Assembly (NCBI RefSeq): GCF_009914755.1
Contig: NC_060931.1
DNA length: 64,000 nucleotides
Direction: 5' to 3' (one strand)
DNA from: the human T2T-CHM13v2.0 reference genome, Homo sapiens
The notes under the pieces were generated by a model that saw only the letters and a program-made list of their open reading frames with translations, had not been told where the DNA came from and did not search any database. The translations under genes were made by a program, and so were the position numbers. Positions 14,667 to 29,525 of this stretch are shown here, in pieces (positions within the stretch are counted from its first letter, which is position 1; each line of letters starts with the position of its first letter).

Positions 14667-16021
14667 CTAAAAGTGGAAAACACATGTTCATTAATAAATT
14701 TTCAAGAATCAAACTTAATGTATCTATTCACTGGAGATAAAATAAGGAAAAAATGAAATGACAAACAGTGGCTATCATACTTGGAAAAATATATCAAAGT
14801 TACATTGCCAAAATGATATTCAAAACCCCATTCCTGGTGTTCTACATATCTATAATGATTCAGATTGGTTGATAATATTGATAATTTCTCTACTTTCCCA
14901 GTGTTAACAAAGTCTAAATCACAGATTCCGTTGAGTTTAGAGAAACAAAGTATATAAAAAAGCTTTTTTCACCCGCCTTAATCATTACTGGCAAGTATGT
15001 AGTTTGTCATAGAAAACAAATATGCATACCTTGGTTTGCTTTTACTTTATAAAGTCAATTCACAAAGTAGAGTTCAACAATTATTTAATTCAATGATTTA
15101 ATTTGGTTTCATCAGATACAGAGATAGAGTGGTATGTTTGATGATATTGATGATTATTACTGTTGTCTAGAAATACTTAAATTGATGTTTATGCTTTAAT
15201 TAACTCAGAAGAGTACCTTTATGTCAGTTAATAAAAATAAATAATCTTAAATGATAAATCAGAAATATTAGGAAAGCAAGACTGTTTTGTACTTGGGTGT
15301 GTTGAAAGAACATGTATGATGAGATGGGTTACAAATTGTAAGATGAAATATTTTTCCAGACTCTCATTGCTTATACTTTGAAGGTTACCATTTAATACTG
15401 AACACAAGATGCACTTCATTTCTATGAAAGCAGACATTATGATGTCATTTCATCTATTCACCATGTTCCACAGGAACCTGCTATGAATTATGAGGCCACC
15501 ACTTAGAATTGAAACTGTAGAAGATTGTAAGCATTCTAAGCCGACATGCACATGCTTCCTATTTTAGACCTCACTGATCTTCAGATAACATATGGTGGTA
15601 CAAGTAATTGGAAAATTGGCACACCTGTCAAGAAAGTATACTAGATGGGGCAAAAAAATGCCATGCTGGAGCACATGAAGTGTCTTAGCAATTAAATTTA
15701 TTGTTTTTTGTCAAGCAGTGAAGTAAAAATATCTAGCTCATCCCCTGCAAAGAACACTTTTCAGTGGCAGGTGTTTCCAAAGTAATTTTTAGGGCATTGT
15801 TAAAATTGGTTGCTTTTAAAAACATACAGAAAATTTTAATGTGTTCTATAAAACAGCACCTATTGCAAATATTTAAATGTTACATAATTTTACCATTTGT
15901 GTTTAGGATTATTAGAATCACAGTAGTTCATAGTTCTACAGATGCAGTTAAAATCTGTCAAGTATAGCTGATAAATGCTCTAAAGTTTATATTTTAATGT
16001 TTTCTAAAATTTATTTCACAG

Positions 16022-16096
16022 GAAGATGAAAATGAAGCTGAAAGAAAAAATATATCTCAGGAGCTCAACATGGAACAGAAAAATCCAAAGAAATAA
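16022..16096 (+). CDS. Coding part of terminal exon of an unidentified + strand gene (EDENEAERKNISQELNMEQKNPKK*)
   Basis: Acceptor ttttctaaaatttatttcacag; purine-rich 24 codons ending TAA 16094-16096; short 3'UTR and AATAAA follow. The +1 frame (KMKMKLKEK...LQLM*) is also open, so the frame is inferred. Confidence 0.6.
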   Translation, partial: EDENEAERKNISQELNMEQKNPKK

Positions 16097-16202
16097 AAGA
16101 TTTTCTGTAGTGTTTTTGAAAAGTTTGCAGCTTATGTAATAGCAGATAAAATTTCTAATTGTAAAATGTTAAATTGTAAAATCTAATTTGCAAAATGTTC
16201 TC

Positions 16203-16208
16203 AATAAA
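16203..16208 (+). terminator. Polyadenylation signal AATAAA
   Basis: Canonical hexamer ~107 nt after the stop; four upstream TGTA motifs (16106, 16135, 16160, 16175); GT/T-rich sequence downstream. Confidence 0.65.
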
Positions 16209-17449
16209 GTCATTCAAAATGAAATAGGAGCTTGTATTTGGAATTCGTATATTTTAGAGTAATTTCGACTTTTTTATTCAAAAGCTGGACCTTTAAAAGT
16301 TTTTAAAAGGAGAAAAATTCTTAACTCAAATTTGAGAACAGAGACAGAATGTTATTTTTTTTGTAACCTAACTGTTAACACATTTAAATGACCTAAAAAA
16401 AAAACCTCTGAAAGTCTTTTTTCTTCTTACTAGACTCTGTGTTCTTCTTTAAGGGCCTTAACATAATTTTGATTATCAATATAAAGAAAAACCAACATAG
16501 TTCAAAAATGAACAGGGAATGCTTGCACATGAAAATGGTTAAAACCAGTCAATGCCACAAGGAGAAATACTGTTTCCTGATTTCATCTATTTATATATTA
16601 CACGATACTCTAGGACTGCAGGGAAAGACTAAAAAGAAATGATAATTTGACGGTCTCTGGCAGAAGTAATGCCATGATTTATAATTTATAAAACATTTAC
16701 TAAGGACCTGCTGTGTGCAAGGTCCCACACACTATTCCTGGACATTTCAAGAATAGTTCTTTTATGTATTTCTTTGGCTTAGAAATTTTTCAAAATTCAC
16801 CTGTCCCCTGTCTTTATCAGAGTTCTCAGTAACCAGCCTCTTTACTCTCCCCGGTTCTAATTTCCAAGCTGCCATTTGCCAATGACAGGAAGAGCAATGA
16901 ATCTGCTTGCTATTTGCAGAGCCAAGTGTTTTTGGCAGATGTCTTTGTTTGATTATTTAAGGCAGAGTTTCTTAAAATGAGAGGCAGAGCTTTGGGAGGC
17001 TTGCAAGAGAATGTGAGAGTGGAATCAGTGTATTTGCCTTGAAGCCATATTATATGCATTCAACAAGCCCAATAAATGTGTGACAGCAGGATACGCTGGC
17101 AGCTATGATACATTGGGCTGAGATGGAGGAAACTGCAAGTAGTTAAGACAGAAAAATCAAAAGGATAGTCTCAAATAATCTCAGTACGCATGTCAGGAAA
17201 ACAACTAGAGCCCACAGATGGGATCCCTGGACTAATGAATTCCCTGGATGAATTTTGGAGCAAAGACTTTAAGCCAAAGAAAAGGTTGAGATGGCAGTTC
17301 AGAGTCTGCAGGGAGCCTTTGCAATAGGCAAATATAAAAATTAATTTGACACTTTTCCCACATCAATTTATTTCAAAATACCCACATTCACATAGATTTG
17401 GGTCATATCAGTAGTTTTACTTTTAAAAAGAAGAAATAATACATGATTC

Positions 17450-17680
17450 ACATAAAAGCTAACATGTTACAGGTACTATGCTAAATGTTTAACGTGTCAT
17501 GCCACTTAATTATCAACTTACAGGTTAGGTACTGTTGCTTTTACCATTTTACCAAAGATCAATCCAAGGCTTAGACAGGGGAAATAGATTAACAAAGGTT
17601 ATGTAACTTGTAATTGGCAGAGTAAGAGTTCAGACTCAAGAGTGTTACCACAGAATATGACACTTAATCATTGTGTAATA
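17450..17680 (-). mobile_element. MIR SINE
   Basis: caggtactatgctaaatg...accattttacc...aaggcttagacagggg...ggcagagtaagagttcagactc. Confidence 0.6.
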
Positions 17681-18390
17681 CTAATACCATATGTCATTTG
17701 TTCCACTGTCTTTCCTAAAAATGTACAGTCTTATTAGCACTTCATTCATCACCTGCTTCCTCTTTAGTTATTTCTCTTCTCCAATCTCTTAGTTGCGCTT
17801 TAGTTTATTTTGAAGACTTTGATTTAAGTAAAATAAGTGAAAGCATTGTAACCACTATTCTGTGTGCTCCGTAACATGCTAATCCTGCTTTATGTTTTTT
17901 TTTTTAACACCAAGTTATCATGGAACAAGGATGGAAGCACCTATTTCTTCTCTAAGATTTTTCAAGAAATTTTTGGCCATATTTTTCAGCAGATTGTTCA
18001 GTTATTAGTATGCTGTTATCTCATCATTTCACACTTGCATTTATGAAATGAAACTGTTAGTGTGAGTCACAGTGACACTTAGCCACCTTGCAGGCATTTT
18101 AAATATTAAATTTAAATGGTATCTTTGATCATTTAAAACCCAGTTTTCCTTTTCAGAAAGTTTTTCGAAAATATATACCCCTTGGTTTAGGATGGTCAGT
18201 AATAAAGTAAAATCAATTTACATTTCCTTTAGGAAAAATTTCTGTATGAATCACTCAGATTTTTAGGGCTCATACCATTATGTTGTGTATATACACATAT
18301 AAGTCTTAGAATGCTACAAGATTATGTGACTGTGATTAAGCCAGTCGCTTTATTTGAGTCAAATGTTTCATATTTTATATAGAATGTTTT

Positions 18391-18771
18391 ACATATTAAT
18401 CGGCTCAGGCTGCCATAACAAAATATCTGAGTGGGTGGCTTAAACAACAGAAAATTTTTTTCTCACAGTTCTGGAAGGTGGAAGTTCCAGATCAAAATCC
18501 AGCAGGGTTCAGTTTCTGTTGAGGACTGTCTTCTGGCTTGCAGATGGCCTGCATCCTACACGGCCTTTCCTTTGTGCACGCACAGAGAGAGGGAGGAAGT
18601 GAGTGAGCCTCTGGCATCTTCCTGTAGGGACATTAATCCTATCAGATCAGGATTATGATCTCTTAACCTTAATTCCATCCTTACTGCAAATACAGCTACC
18701 CTGGGAGTTAGGGCTTCAACACAGGAATTTCGATGGGGTGGGGGAGGAGGGACACATTCAGTTCATAATAC
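18391..18771 (-). mobile_element. MaLR solo LTR (MLT1A-like)
   Basis: ctcaggctgccataacaaaatatc...tctcacagttctggaagg...ggacacattcagttcataataca. Confidence 0.85.
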
Positions 18772-19560
18772 ATTTAAATAAAGTCCAAGTACCTCTGTTA
18801 TAATAATTCTGAGCTATGTTAAGGAGCACTGGAGCAAAATCCCAATGAAATGTCTATGGCAATATAGATTAGATGTATTTAGGGAGAGTCCTTATAAACG
18901 TTGATAACTGGGATATCTATCTATAAGTCGATTTCTAAAGAAGACAAACCACTAAAAAAAAAAGGAGCTGTTTTGTTTACCTCTTTATCCCTATTACCTA
19001 GCTCATTTTTTGGCCTATACTAGGTGTAACACTGTGACTGTAAGTCAGCCTGTAACTTGCACTGTAGAATACCCTAAGAACAAGAATTTTATGATACCTG
19101 TATAATTTTTACTTACTGAACCGAACTATCTTCTCTTCATGCTAGTTATTTGAGTTGTATTTCTTCATACCTTCCAAGAATTTAAAAATAAAAGAACTTT
19201 AAATGAGTATTTGTTTCTATCATATTTAGGAAAAGCATGGTTTTTTAAATTGTATCCAGTATCATACTCTTTCCTCCAGTCTAGGGAACAAATAGCAGAA
19301 GCGGGAAGGGATATTATGCTACTCTTGAATGGAAATTGCTGGGCACTAAGATGCTCAAGTTTTTTAAATCATTCAACAAAGCTTTAGTAGGACCTACTAT
19401 AAGATATACTGTTCTGCTTATCACTGGGGATTCAATGACAGACAAGCTTACTGTGCTGTTACGGTCTTGAAATTCTTAGCTTTTGAAAAAGAGACCCCAT
19501 GGTTTTATTTTTCACTGACCTCACAGATTACGTAGTAGATACCACTAATGTTTATACTCT

Positions 19561-19950
19561 TTAAGTCAATTTTATTGGAGTATATTTTACATAAAATTCA
19601 CTCATGTTGTATGTGCAATTCAGTAAGTTTCAACAAATACATATATTCATGTAACCACCTCTCCAAGATATAAAGCATTTCCATCACCCGAAAAGCTTCT
19701 GTCCTTCAGTTTTGCAATCATTTACACACCCCCACTATAGCCACCGATCTACTTTCTTTATTTGTTTTCCCTTTTCTAAGACTTTATACAAATGGAATTA
19801 TATCACACACATCTTTTGTGTGTGGCTTTCTTCACTCAGCATAAAGTTTTGACATTCATCCAAGTTATTGCATGACTTCATTTCTTCTTATTGCTGAGTA
19901 CTTTTCATTGTGTGAATATACTACAATTATACTGTGTGAATACTACTACA
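19561..19950 (-). mobile_element. Old L1ME/MD 3' end
   Basis: ttttattggagtatattttacataaaattcactc...ggctttcttcactcagcat. Confidence 0.75.
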
Positions 19951-20067
19951 ATGGAATATATACAGATGGCCAAAAAACACATGAAAATATACTCAACATC
20001 ATTAGTTATCAGGAAAATGCAAATTAAAACCACAATGAGTTACCACTGTATACCCGCTGAAATGTCT

Positions 20068-20362
20068 ATAGCTCTGTTATCAGCTATATAAACAGCAGCT
20101 ATTAAAAATGTGTAGCTATTGAATACTTGAAATATGACTAGTCCCAATTGAGATGTGTTGTAAACATATAAATCAGATTTTGGAGCTAGAGTGCAAAAAA
20201 AAATCCATAATTTTTACTCTGATTACATGTTGAAATGATAATATTTTGAATAGATTTGATTAAAATTTTAAAATAAATTTCAACTATTCTTTTTAAATTG
20301 TGGCTACTAGAAAATTTGAATTTATATATTATAGTTTCCATTGTTTTCCCACTGGACGGGCC
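20068..20362. mobile_element. hAT-Charlie DNA transposon (MER33/MER3-like)
   Basis: atgtgtagctattgaatacttgaaatatgactagtcccaattgagatgtg...gattacatgttgaaatgataatattttg...gtggctactagaaaattt. Confidence 0.75.
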
Positions 20363-20593
20363 TCCTGGGCTATAATTTGAAGGCCGATAATGAAATGTTG
20401 GTAAGGTTATGAAGCAACTGGAACTCGTCATACATTGTTGGTAGAAGTGTAAAATGATACATTATTTTGGCAAAGAGTTTGGAAATTTCTTATGAAGTTA
20501 AACATACCCTTAATATACGACCCAGTAATTCCACTAATAGATATTACAAAAAGAAATGAAAGCATGTGCCCTCACAAAGATTTGTACATGAAT

Positions 20594-20701
20594 TTTTTTT
20601 AAGATCTTGCTATGTTGCCCAGGCTGGATTTCAACTCCTGATCCTCCTACCTTGGCCTCCCAAAATGCTGAGAGTACAGGCGTGAGCCACTGTACTCAGC
20701 C
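20594..20701 (-). mobile_element. Alu monomer (FLAM-like)
   Basis: gatcttgctatgttgcccaggctgg...gtgagccactgtactcagcc; TSD ttgtacatgaat at 20582 and 20702. Confidence 0.85.
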
Positions 20702-20716
20702 TTGTACATGAATAAC

Positions 20717-21028
<312 letters not shown>

Positions 21029-23454
21029 TAACAGCTTTATTTATAGTAGCCCAAAACTGGAGCTAATTTCTTTTTCTTTTCAAGTAAAAGTCCCACTTCA
21101 TACTGGTTATTCTTTTCAGAAACCATTTGTCACACTAAGCTGTGTGGTGTAGTTCACAAAATTAGGGTTTGACCCTTGATATTTTAGGGGGGATATTTGA
21201 TGTGTAATATTTATAGCACCAGTGTAAATGTTAGAATCACTGTCTATAAAACATGTTAATGAAAGACCTAAAAAAACTAAACAATATACAAAATTTTTTA
21301 CAAATCCAACATTCAAAAACTAGTCAGTTCATATCTAGAGGCAAAAAATAAAAATAGTGTATATCTTATTTGAAAACATTTAATGTAGTTAAAGTCTTTA
21401 AATGATTTCACATTGTTTTAATGGTCTTTGAATGACCCTTGCAGTTAGAAATACATTTAAACTCAATTTTAAAATTATAAAATTATAGCTATATCTTCTG
21501 ATAAATTGCATCTACTTTCCTGGGGATTAGAAAGCTTGAATGAGGGGAAAAGCAGAGGTGTGTGCCCAGTTGCTCCAATTTTAAGTCTATGAACAATTTT
21601 GAGTCTATGAACTGCTTTAGGTTTCATTTTTATACATACCATACCAAATAGGACATACTCTTCTCAGGATATAGTCATTTTTCATTTGTGACTTTCTAAT
21701 CATCCAGATAGAATGAGGTGAGTCTGAGTAGTTTTGTTCCTCTAATATTTTTTGAAAGGGGATAATGATATTCTTATTGCTCACTTTATATATGTATATT
21801 CTTTCTGTAAAATGTTCTTAAGATTTTATACAAATGAAATTATGTTATACATACCTTTTGTGTCTGGCTTTCTTCACTCAGCATAAAGTTTTGAGATTCA
21901 TCCAAGTTATTGCATGACTGTAATTATTCCTTACACTAATGATTTTCCTCTAAGCTTAAACAGTTGGAGGCATTTGATATGTCTGTACTCTCCTACATTC
22001 ATTATAAATTTGTCTAGTTTTTCCCAGATGCAATAAACTATTCCTCTTTAAATTGAATGTATACCAAACAAAAAAGGGGAATCTTTCCTACAACTGCTTC
22101 TTTCACATGGCTACATCAGATTTATTTTGAAGCCCGTTGAGAAAGAAGAAGTAAGTTCATTTCATTGCTTCGGCATTTCCCCAGTGCCTGGAGTCCTTGA
22201 GGCCTGCACATATTTCTACTGGTTGTGTGCTAACACTGCTTGGGACTGAAACAACGTACTTCTGACATTAGGCTCAACAAGATTCACTTTGAATAGTGAA
22301 AGTTGATTAGAAAACTACTCCATTTCTCATTACCTCAAGAAAACAATTTTTACATAGCCATGAATGAGCAAATTTCACCCCCATCCAAGACTATCCTGAG
22401 CATTTATAGCAGGTAATAAATGTCTTCCCATGGTGAATTCAATGTGAAGTCCAAGGCTTTGTTATCTAGAGAGGAAGTTAAGTGCTAACAGCAACAGCAT
22501 GAAAACGCATGCAGCTATGGTATAATTCTGATTTGTTTTAGAAAAACTATTAATTTCCTTGTTACAAAGCCAAGTAAGAATAACCCTTTAAAACTCTTGA
22601 ACCATGAAAGCCATTTTCCTTAAGGGTTTTAAATTTGGGAACAGACTCCTGAAATTTATAGCTTTGATGAGATATTCTTTGCCTGCAGTCAAGATGAGAG
22701 CTAGATCATTGGTTTCCCAGCATGACACCTATGTGTTCTTGTGTGCACTAGATATCATTAAGCTCATAATAACACAGCCAGCATCACATTTAACGTTTGA
22801 AAGGTTCACTTTTGTCTCGTAGTTTACATCTTTCATTTGCACCTATTGCATGCTAAATATCCCACTCTAGAAAATGAGATACACTCTACCTATATTGATA
22901 CCGTCGATGGAGTAAAAAAAAATTACTATTTTCATATCCATGACTTTCAAGCTGCAAAGAGTCAATAGATAATGACTTCTAGAAACAACAGATAATTGAA
23001 TCAGATATTACATGTGTAAGTCTGAATATGAAAACCTTCCCTGACATTTAAGGAGCAGAAAATGTGAATCTCCATGATGCATGTCAGTTCCAACTGTTAT
23101 CATTTTTAATATTATGTTTAATTCTAAAGGTGATGCAAGATTATTATTTCTTTTAAAGATAGATGAGCTCTTTCAGGATATTCTGATTTTAAGGCAATGA
23201 GAAAGACAGCTTATTAGGTAGTACCTAATGATCAGAAACAGATAATAAACACTGCAGGAATCCATCATTGTATGTTACATGATGAAATAACATGAAAAAA
23301 CTCTGAAGAAAAGAAAACTACTGTTTTCAAAATTCATTATTTTCTGACATTAGGCAATGAAATTGTGATTAAGGAACCTATTTCTGCAAGCTGTTTCCTT
23401 AAATTTGTGCAAATGTTTGAAGGTATTTTATCTGTAAGTTTACAATTCCTTTAC

Positions 23455-23650
23455 CATTTATTATTATCAACAATTTCAAACATATACAAGACTTGAGAGA
23501 AGAGTACAGTGAATCCCCATGTACTCAGGACCCAGATGAACAACTATTAAGATTTTTGCCATGCTTGCCTTATCTGTCCCTTCTTTCCCTTTCTACCAAA
23601 TTGTCTTAAAGCAGATCCCAGATGGCCATGCTTTTTAACATGCATGTTTT
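23455..23650 (-). mobile_element. L1MC/ME 3' end fragment
   Basis: aatttcaaacatatacaagacttgagagaagagtacagtgaatcccc. Confidence 0.55.
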
Positions 23651-24512
23651 TCTCCTCTCAACAATTCTTTTTTAATTAAATATGTTTAATATATACATAT
23701 TTTTCCATGGCAGATGCATATTTTGTTTTTGAATAATGTAAGATGGTCAGTAGATTAATACATAATGGAAGATTGGATGACAGTACAGTCTGCCTAATGC
23801 ACTTCAGACTATGTTTTTAGTGAGATTCAAAAGAAGATTTTTGTTTTGATCTTTTTAATGGTGATGATGTAAGCAGCAGAAATTATACAGACTCTTAGTT
23901 CACATTTGCATTTTTTGCACCTTAGGCAGAAAAACAGAACTAATCAGAGCTACAAATCATAAAGGAGAACACATTTCAACCTCCAGAGCACTGTGGAACT
24001 GAGATATCTTACTGATGATACTAACAAGAGACAAAACTAGCACATTCAGCAATGCCTTCAAAAATGTTACCTTGTTAGTAAAAATCAAATTAACAAATAG
24101 AACATCTGTTCGGGGTTATGATTATTTCTCCTAGGGAATGCTTTTTTTGAGACTATATATTTTTGGCAAGTATTGATTTGGGATTTATGTATTTGATTAT
24201 ATCTAACTCTAGAAGTCAGGAATAGTCAGTCTTACAGAAAATGTTTTAGTAGATTTCCTTCATTGTCCCTAGACACATCACATTTGGGAGTTTCTTATTC
24301 CCTCATCCTAGTTCTAGTCTACCTTTCCTGGGGAACAATTTCTGCTCAAGACCTTTCCTTCACAACTGCACCTTTCCTAGACCCCTCTAAAATCAACCTC
24401 TTTTTCCTTCTCCCCTCAAAACCCAGAATCTCTTTCCCACGGATTCCACATCCTCCTTTCAGTTATAACACAAGAAAATAGTTGAAAAATATGGTGAGTA
24501 AATTCTTCATGA

Positions 24513-24910
24513 GTATATTAGTCAGGCTAGACTAGGATATGCTATGAAAACAATCCCTGACATCTCGGTGGCTTAAACAAACAAAAGTTCACTTCTCACT
24601 CACACCACTGCCTGATGTGAATCAGGTGGCTCTTCTTGGAGAAGAACTGCCTCATGGATTCATGTGTTCATATTGCAACTTCACCATTTGAGTGTTCTTC
24701 GTGGAGAGCAGTAGGGTGGGGGCTGGAGTGAGATTGAGAGAATGAAGAATCAACTCATACTTCATTCCTTCAGACTCTGCTGCATCACTTCCATCCACAT
24801 ATCTAGTGGCAAGAACTGAGTGCCATGGTTCCAACCTAAGGATAAGGGAAGCTGAGAAAGGTAAGGTGGTCTTGGATGTGTGCCCGATAAGAGGCAACAC
24901 TGCTAACTAA
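24513..24910 (-). mobile_element. Old MaLR LTR (MLT1J/K-like)
   Basis: tattagtcaggctagactaggatatgct...ggtggcttaaacaaacaaaagttcacttctcactc. Confidence 0.65.
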
Positions 24911-25011
24911 ACACAGAGCATTGAATATATCTCAATTCCTTTTCTTGTCATTTGAAAACTGTCTTAACATATTTCCCCCTCTACCCAGAAGCACTGTAAC
25001 ATATGGCATGA

Positions 25012-25471
<460 letters not shown>

Positions 25472-25494
25472 ATCCAGGTTTCATGCTTTTCTAC

Positions 25495-27922
25495 TTATAT
25501 TGTGGTAAAAAACACATAACATTTACCATCTTTACCATTTTTAAGTGTTCAGTACTGTCATGTTAAGTAGATGCATATTATTATACAACAGATCTCTATA
25601 ACTTCTCATCCTGCAAAACTGAAACTCTGTGGCCACTGAACAAAAGTCTTCTTTCTTCTCGCCCCTCAGTCCCTGGCTACCACCGTTCTCCTTTCTGCTT
25701 CTAAAAAGTTTGACTACTTTAAATACCTCATATAAATGAAATCGCACAATGTTTGCCTTTTGTGACTGGCTTATTTCACTTAGTGTAATGTCTTCAAGGT
25801 TGATATGTTATGGCATATGATAATATTCTCTTTTTAAGGCTGAAAAATATTCCATTTTCACACAAACACACTATTTTCTTTTATTCGTTCGTCAATGGAC
25901 ATTTAGTTTGCTTCTACATTTTGGCTATTGCAAATTGTGAATAATGCTGCAATGAATATGAGTGGATTCAATTATTTCATCTACAGACCCAGAAGTGACA
26001 TTGCTGGATTATATAGTAATTTTATTTTTAATTTTCTGATGAACCTCCATGCTGTTTTTCATAGCAGCTGCACCATTTACATTCCCATCAACAGTGCATA
26101 AGGGTTTCAATTTTTCCACATCCTTGTCAACACTTATTATTCTCTGTTTTTGGGGGTAGAGGCCATCCTAACAGGTGTAAGATGATGTCTCATCATGGTT
26201 TCGATTTGCGTTTCCCAATGATTAGGGATGCTGAGCACATTTTCATATGTTTTTGGCCATTTCTTCTTTTGAGGAATATCTATGCAAGTCCTTGGCCCAT
26301 CTTTTAATTAGATTGCTTTTTATTGTTGTTGAGTTGTAGGAGTTCTTTATATACTCAAGATATTAGTCTGTTGTCAGATATGTGGTTTGAAAACATATAT
26401 ACTGTCATGTTATATAATATTTATTATATATTATATGTGTTATATATGTATATTATATATGTCATATTATGTATTATATAATATATTATATAAACATAAA
26501 TATATAAGCATATACACATATATTACATAATATATAGTATGTATAATACATTATATATGACATATATATAATGTATATATACATAATATATAATATATAA
26601 TGTATTATACATAATATATAATATATAATGTATTATACATAATATATAATATATAATGATATATATTTATATATCATTATATATTGTATATTATATTATA
26701 TATTATATTATACATATTATAATATATAATATATTATATATTATTATATTATATATATTATAATATATTATATATTATATTATATATATTATAATATATT
26801 ATATATTATATTATATATATTATAATATATTATATATTATATTATATATATTATAATATATTATATATTATATTATATATATTATAACATATTATATATT
26901 ATATTATATATATTATAACATATTATATATTATATTATATATTATAATATATTATATATTATATTATATATTATAATATATTATATATTATATTATATAT
27001 TATAATATATTATATATTATAATATATTATATATTATATTATATATATTTATTATAATATATAATAATATATTATGTATTATATTATATTATATTATAAT
27101 ATATTATATATTATATTATATTATATATTATAATATAATATATTATATATTATATTATATAATATAATATAATATAATATGTTATATATTATATTATATT
27201 ATATATTATAATATAATATGTTATATATTATATTATATTATATATATTATAATATATTATATTATATTATATTATATATTATATTATATATATTATATTA
27301 TATTATATATAATATAATATATTATATATTATATTATATAATATATTATATTATATTATACAATATATTATATTATATTATATATTATAATATATAATAT
27401 ATTATATTATATTATATATTATAATATAATATATTATATTATATATTATATTATATATAATATGACATATATTATATAATATATAACATATTATATATAA
27501 TATAATATATATGACATATTATATAATATATAACATGTTATATATTATATAATATATGACATATTATATAATATATAACGTATTATATATTATATAATAT
27601 ATATAACATATTATATATTATCTTCCATTCTGTAGGTTGCCTTTCACTCTGTTGATTGTTTCCTTTGATGTGCAGAAGTTCCTAAGTTTGATGTAGTCCC
27701 GTTTATCTCTTTTTGCTTTTGTTGCCTGTGCTTTTGGTGTCATATCCAGAAAATCATAGCCAAATTCAATGGCATAAAGTTTTTCTCCTATGTTACTTCT
27801 GGGAGTTTTATAGTTTCAGGTTTTGTGTTTGAATCTTTGGTTCATTTTTACTTGATTTTATATATGTTGTAAGGTAACATTTTTGCATGTAGATATTCAG
27901 ATTCATAGCACCATTTGTTTAA
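25495..27922 (-). mobile_element. L1MB-like element split by an AT-rich expansion
   Basis: tattgtggtaaaaaacacataacatttaccatc 3' end; L1 sequence stops at tgtggtttgaaaa (26393) and resumes at cttccattctgtaggttgcc (27622). Confidence 0.88.
26395..27621. repeat. ~1.2-kb (TA)-rich compound micro/minisatellite
   Basis: Almost pure A/T; ~31-bp unit tataatatattatatattatattatatatat in the middle, ~43-bp atatgacatattatataatatataac unit near the end. Confidence 0.97.
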
Positions 27923-28584
27923 AGCATGCTTTTCTTCTTTACCCTGTTTTTCTGTCTTGGTTCATGAAACAGGAACTTCTTTAAATTCTTTTAAACTCTC
28001 ACCCTCTCGGGCAGTAATTGAGGAAAGGACTTCCACCTTTCTCTTTGCCTATTCCTAGCTTCATTCCATTGTAGGAGAGACTTTTTGGATTACTGTTTAT
28101 GTTTCACATCCCTTGCTTCACTCCTCGGCCATGTGATAGCCTCATATCAGAAACCAGGTGAGTGAGTCAGTACAATTTAGTGGCAAAATTGTATATAGCC
28201 TATTTTCAAGTACAATCCAGCTTTACCAAAAATAGGCTGATGTCATATTTTAAATTTCCACTTGGCTTCTTTGTATGCTTCTCAACTGGTTCAGAATCCA
28301 GGGAGAATAAGCAGTGACGTAGTAACCAGGCTTGCTCAGAACCTCAAACATAATTTTTAATAAAGATTAGAAGAGATGATATATATAAAGCACTTAGCAC
28401 GACCTGTTCCATCATGCATATTCAATAAGAGTACTGACTATTTGGGGTCTGTCAACTGCCCTTCTTCTTTCACTGACACATTCTCCAGAGACTGGATCAC
28501 TACTTTAGTTTTATTACTGCTCCCCAAATTATACCATCCATTGTGACCATTCTTCTGCTTTAATATTTATGATTGTTTCTTAAC

Positions 28585-29050
28585 TCATTCGTCAAACAGT
28601 CTCTATTATAAGACACACACTGTGTGGAGCACTGTCTCCGCCCACAAACAGCTCACGGTCTGGTAGGAGCGACATACAGACACAGAAAGTTGTCATGAGT
28701 AAGCGCTGGACAGAGCTTGATAAAGGGTGCCCTAGAACGCAGAGGTGAGGAAGCTACATAAACCTGGGGGTGGGAAAACTTTCCGTAAAAACGATACTTG
28801 AGTCTACCTTTGAAGGCAAGGGATTTCATCAGATGTAAATAGTGGGAATACTGTTTCAAAGGGACAAAATAGCAACGTGCGATGTTAAAGGGTTTTCAAA
28901 GGTTAAAGATGCTTCTGTGTGTCTGGATCCAAGAAAATGCCAGGCAGAAAGTGCTAGGCGCAGAATCTGGGAATATAGGATGAGACTTTCCTGTGAAAGG
29001 CTTTGAGGGTTTGCTTGAAGCACTTGGATTTAGTTCTGCAGAATTGGATA
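28585..29050 (-). mobile_element. L2 fragment
   Basis: cagctcacggtctggtaggag...gatacttgagtctacctttgaaggc...aagcacttggatttagttctg. Confidence 0.6.
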
Positions 29051-29079
29051 CATATTAAAATCACATGGGGCTAAGGAAA

Positions 29080-29295
29080 TAGCTACGATGGCTACATAAC
29101 TTTGTAAACGTAACTAATGCCACAGAACTGTACACATAAAATGATTAAAATGGCAAGTTTTATGTTGTATATATTTTACTACAATTTTAAAAATTAATAA
29201 TGGAATATGCCAAAAAACATTGAATTGTATACTTTAAATGGGTGAATTATGTGGTATGTGAATCACATCTCAATAATTCTGTTTGAAAAAAAACA
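29080..29295 (+). mobile_element. L1MB/ME 3' end
   Basis: aactaatgccacagaactgtacacataaaatgattaaaatggcaag...ttgaattgtatactttaaatgggtgaatt. Confidence 0.75.
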
Positions 29296-29299
29296 TTTA

Positions 29300-29525
29300 T
29301 AACCTAGGCAATGTAGCGACACCTCATCTCTACAAAAAGTAATTTTTAAAAAATTAGCTGGGCGTGGTGGTGCATGCCTGTTGTTCCACCTACTTGAGAG
29401 GCTGAGACAAGACGATCCCTTGAGCTCAGGAGTTCGAGGCTCCCGTGAGTTGTGATTGCACCACTGCACTCCAGCCTAGGTGACAGAAAAGGATTCTGTC
29501 TCGGAAAAATAATTAAAAAAGAAAA
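29300..29525 (+). mobile_element. AluJ, 5'-truncated
   Basis: aattagctgggcgtggtggtgcatgcctg...ttgagctcaggagttcgaggct...cactccagcctaggtgacag. Confidence 0.9.

Noticed and set aside
16022-16096. Gene symbol for the terminal exon
   Set aside because: I do not recognise the peptide with confidence; a BLAST search is needed.
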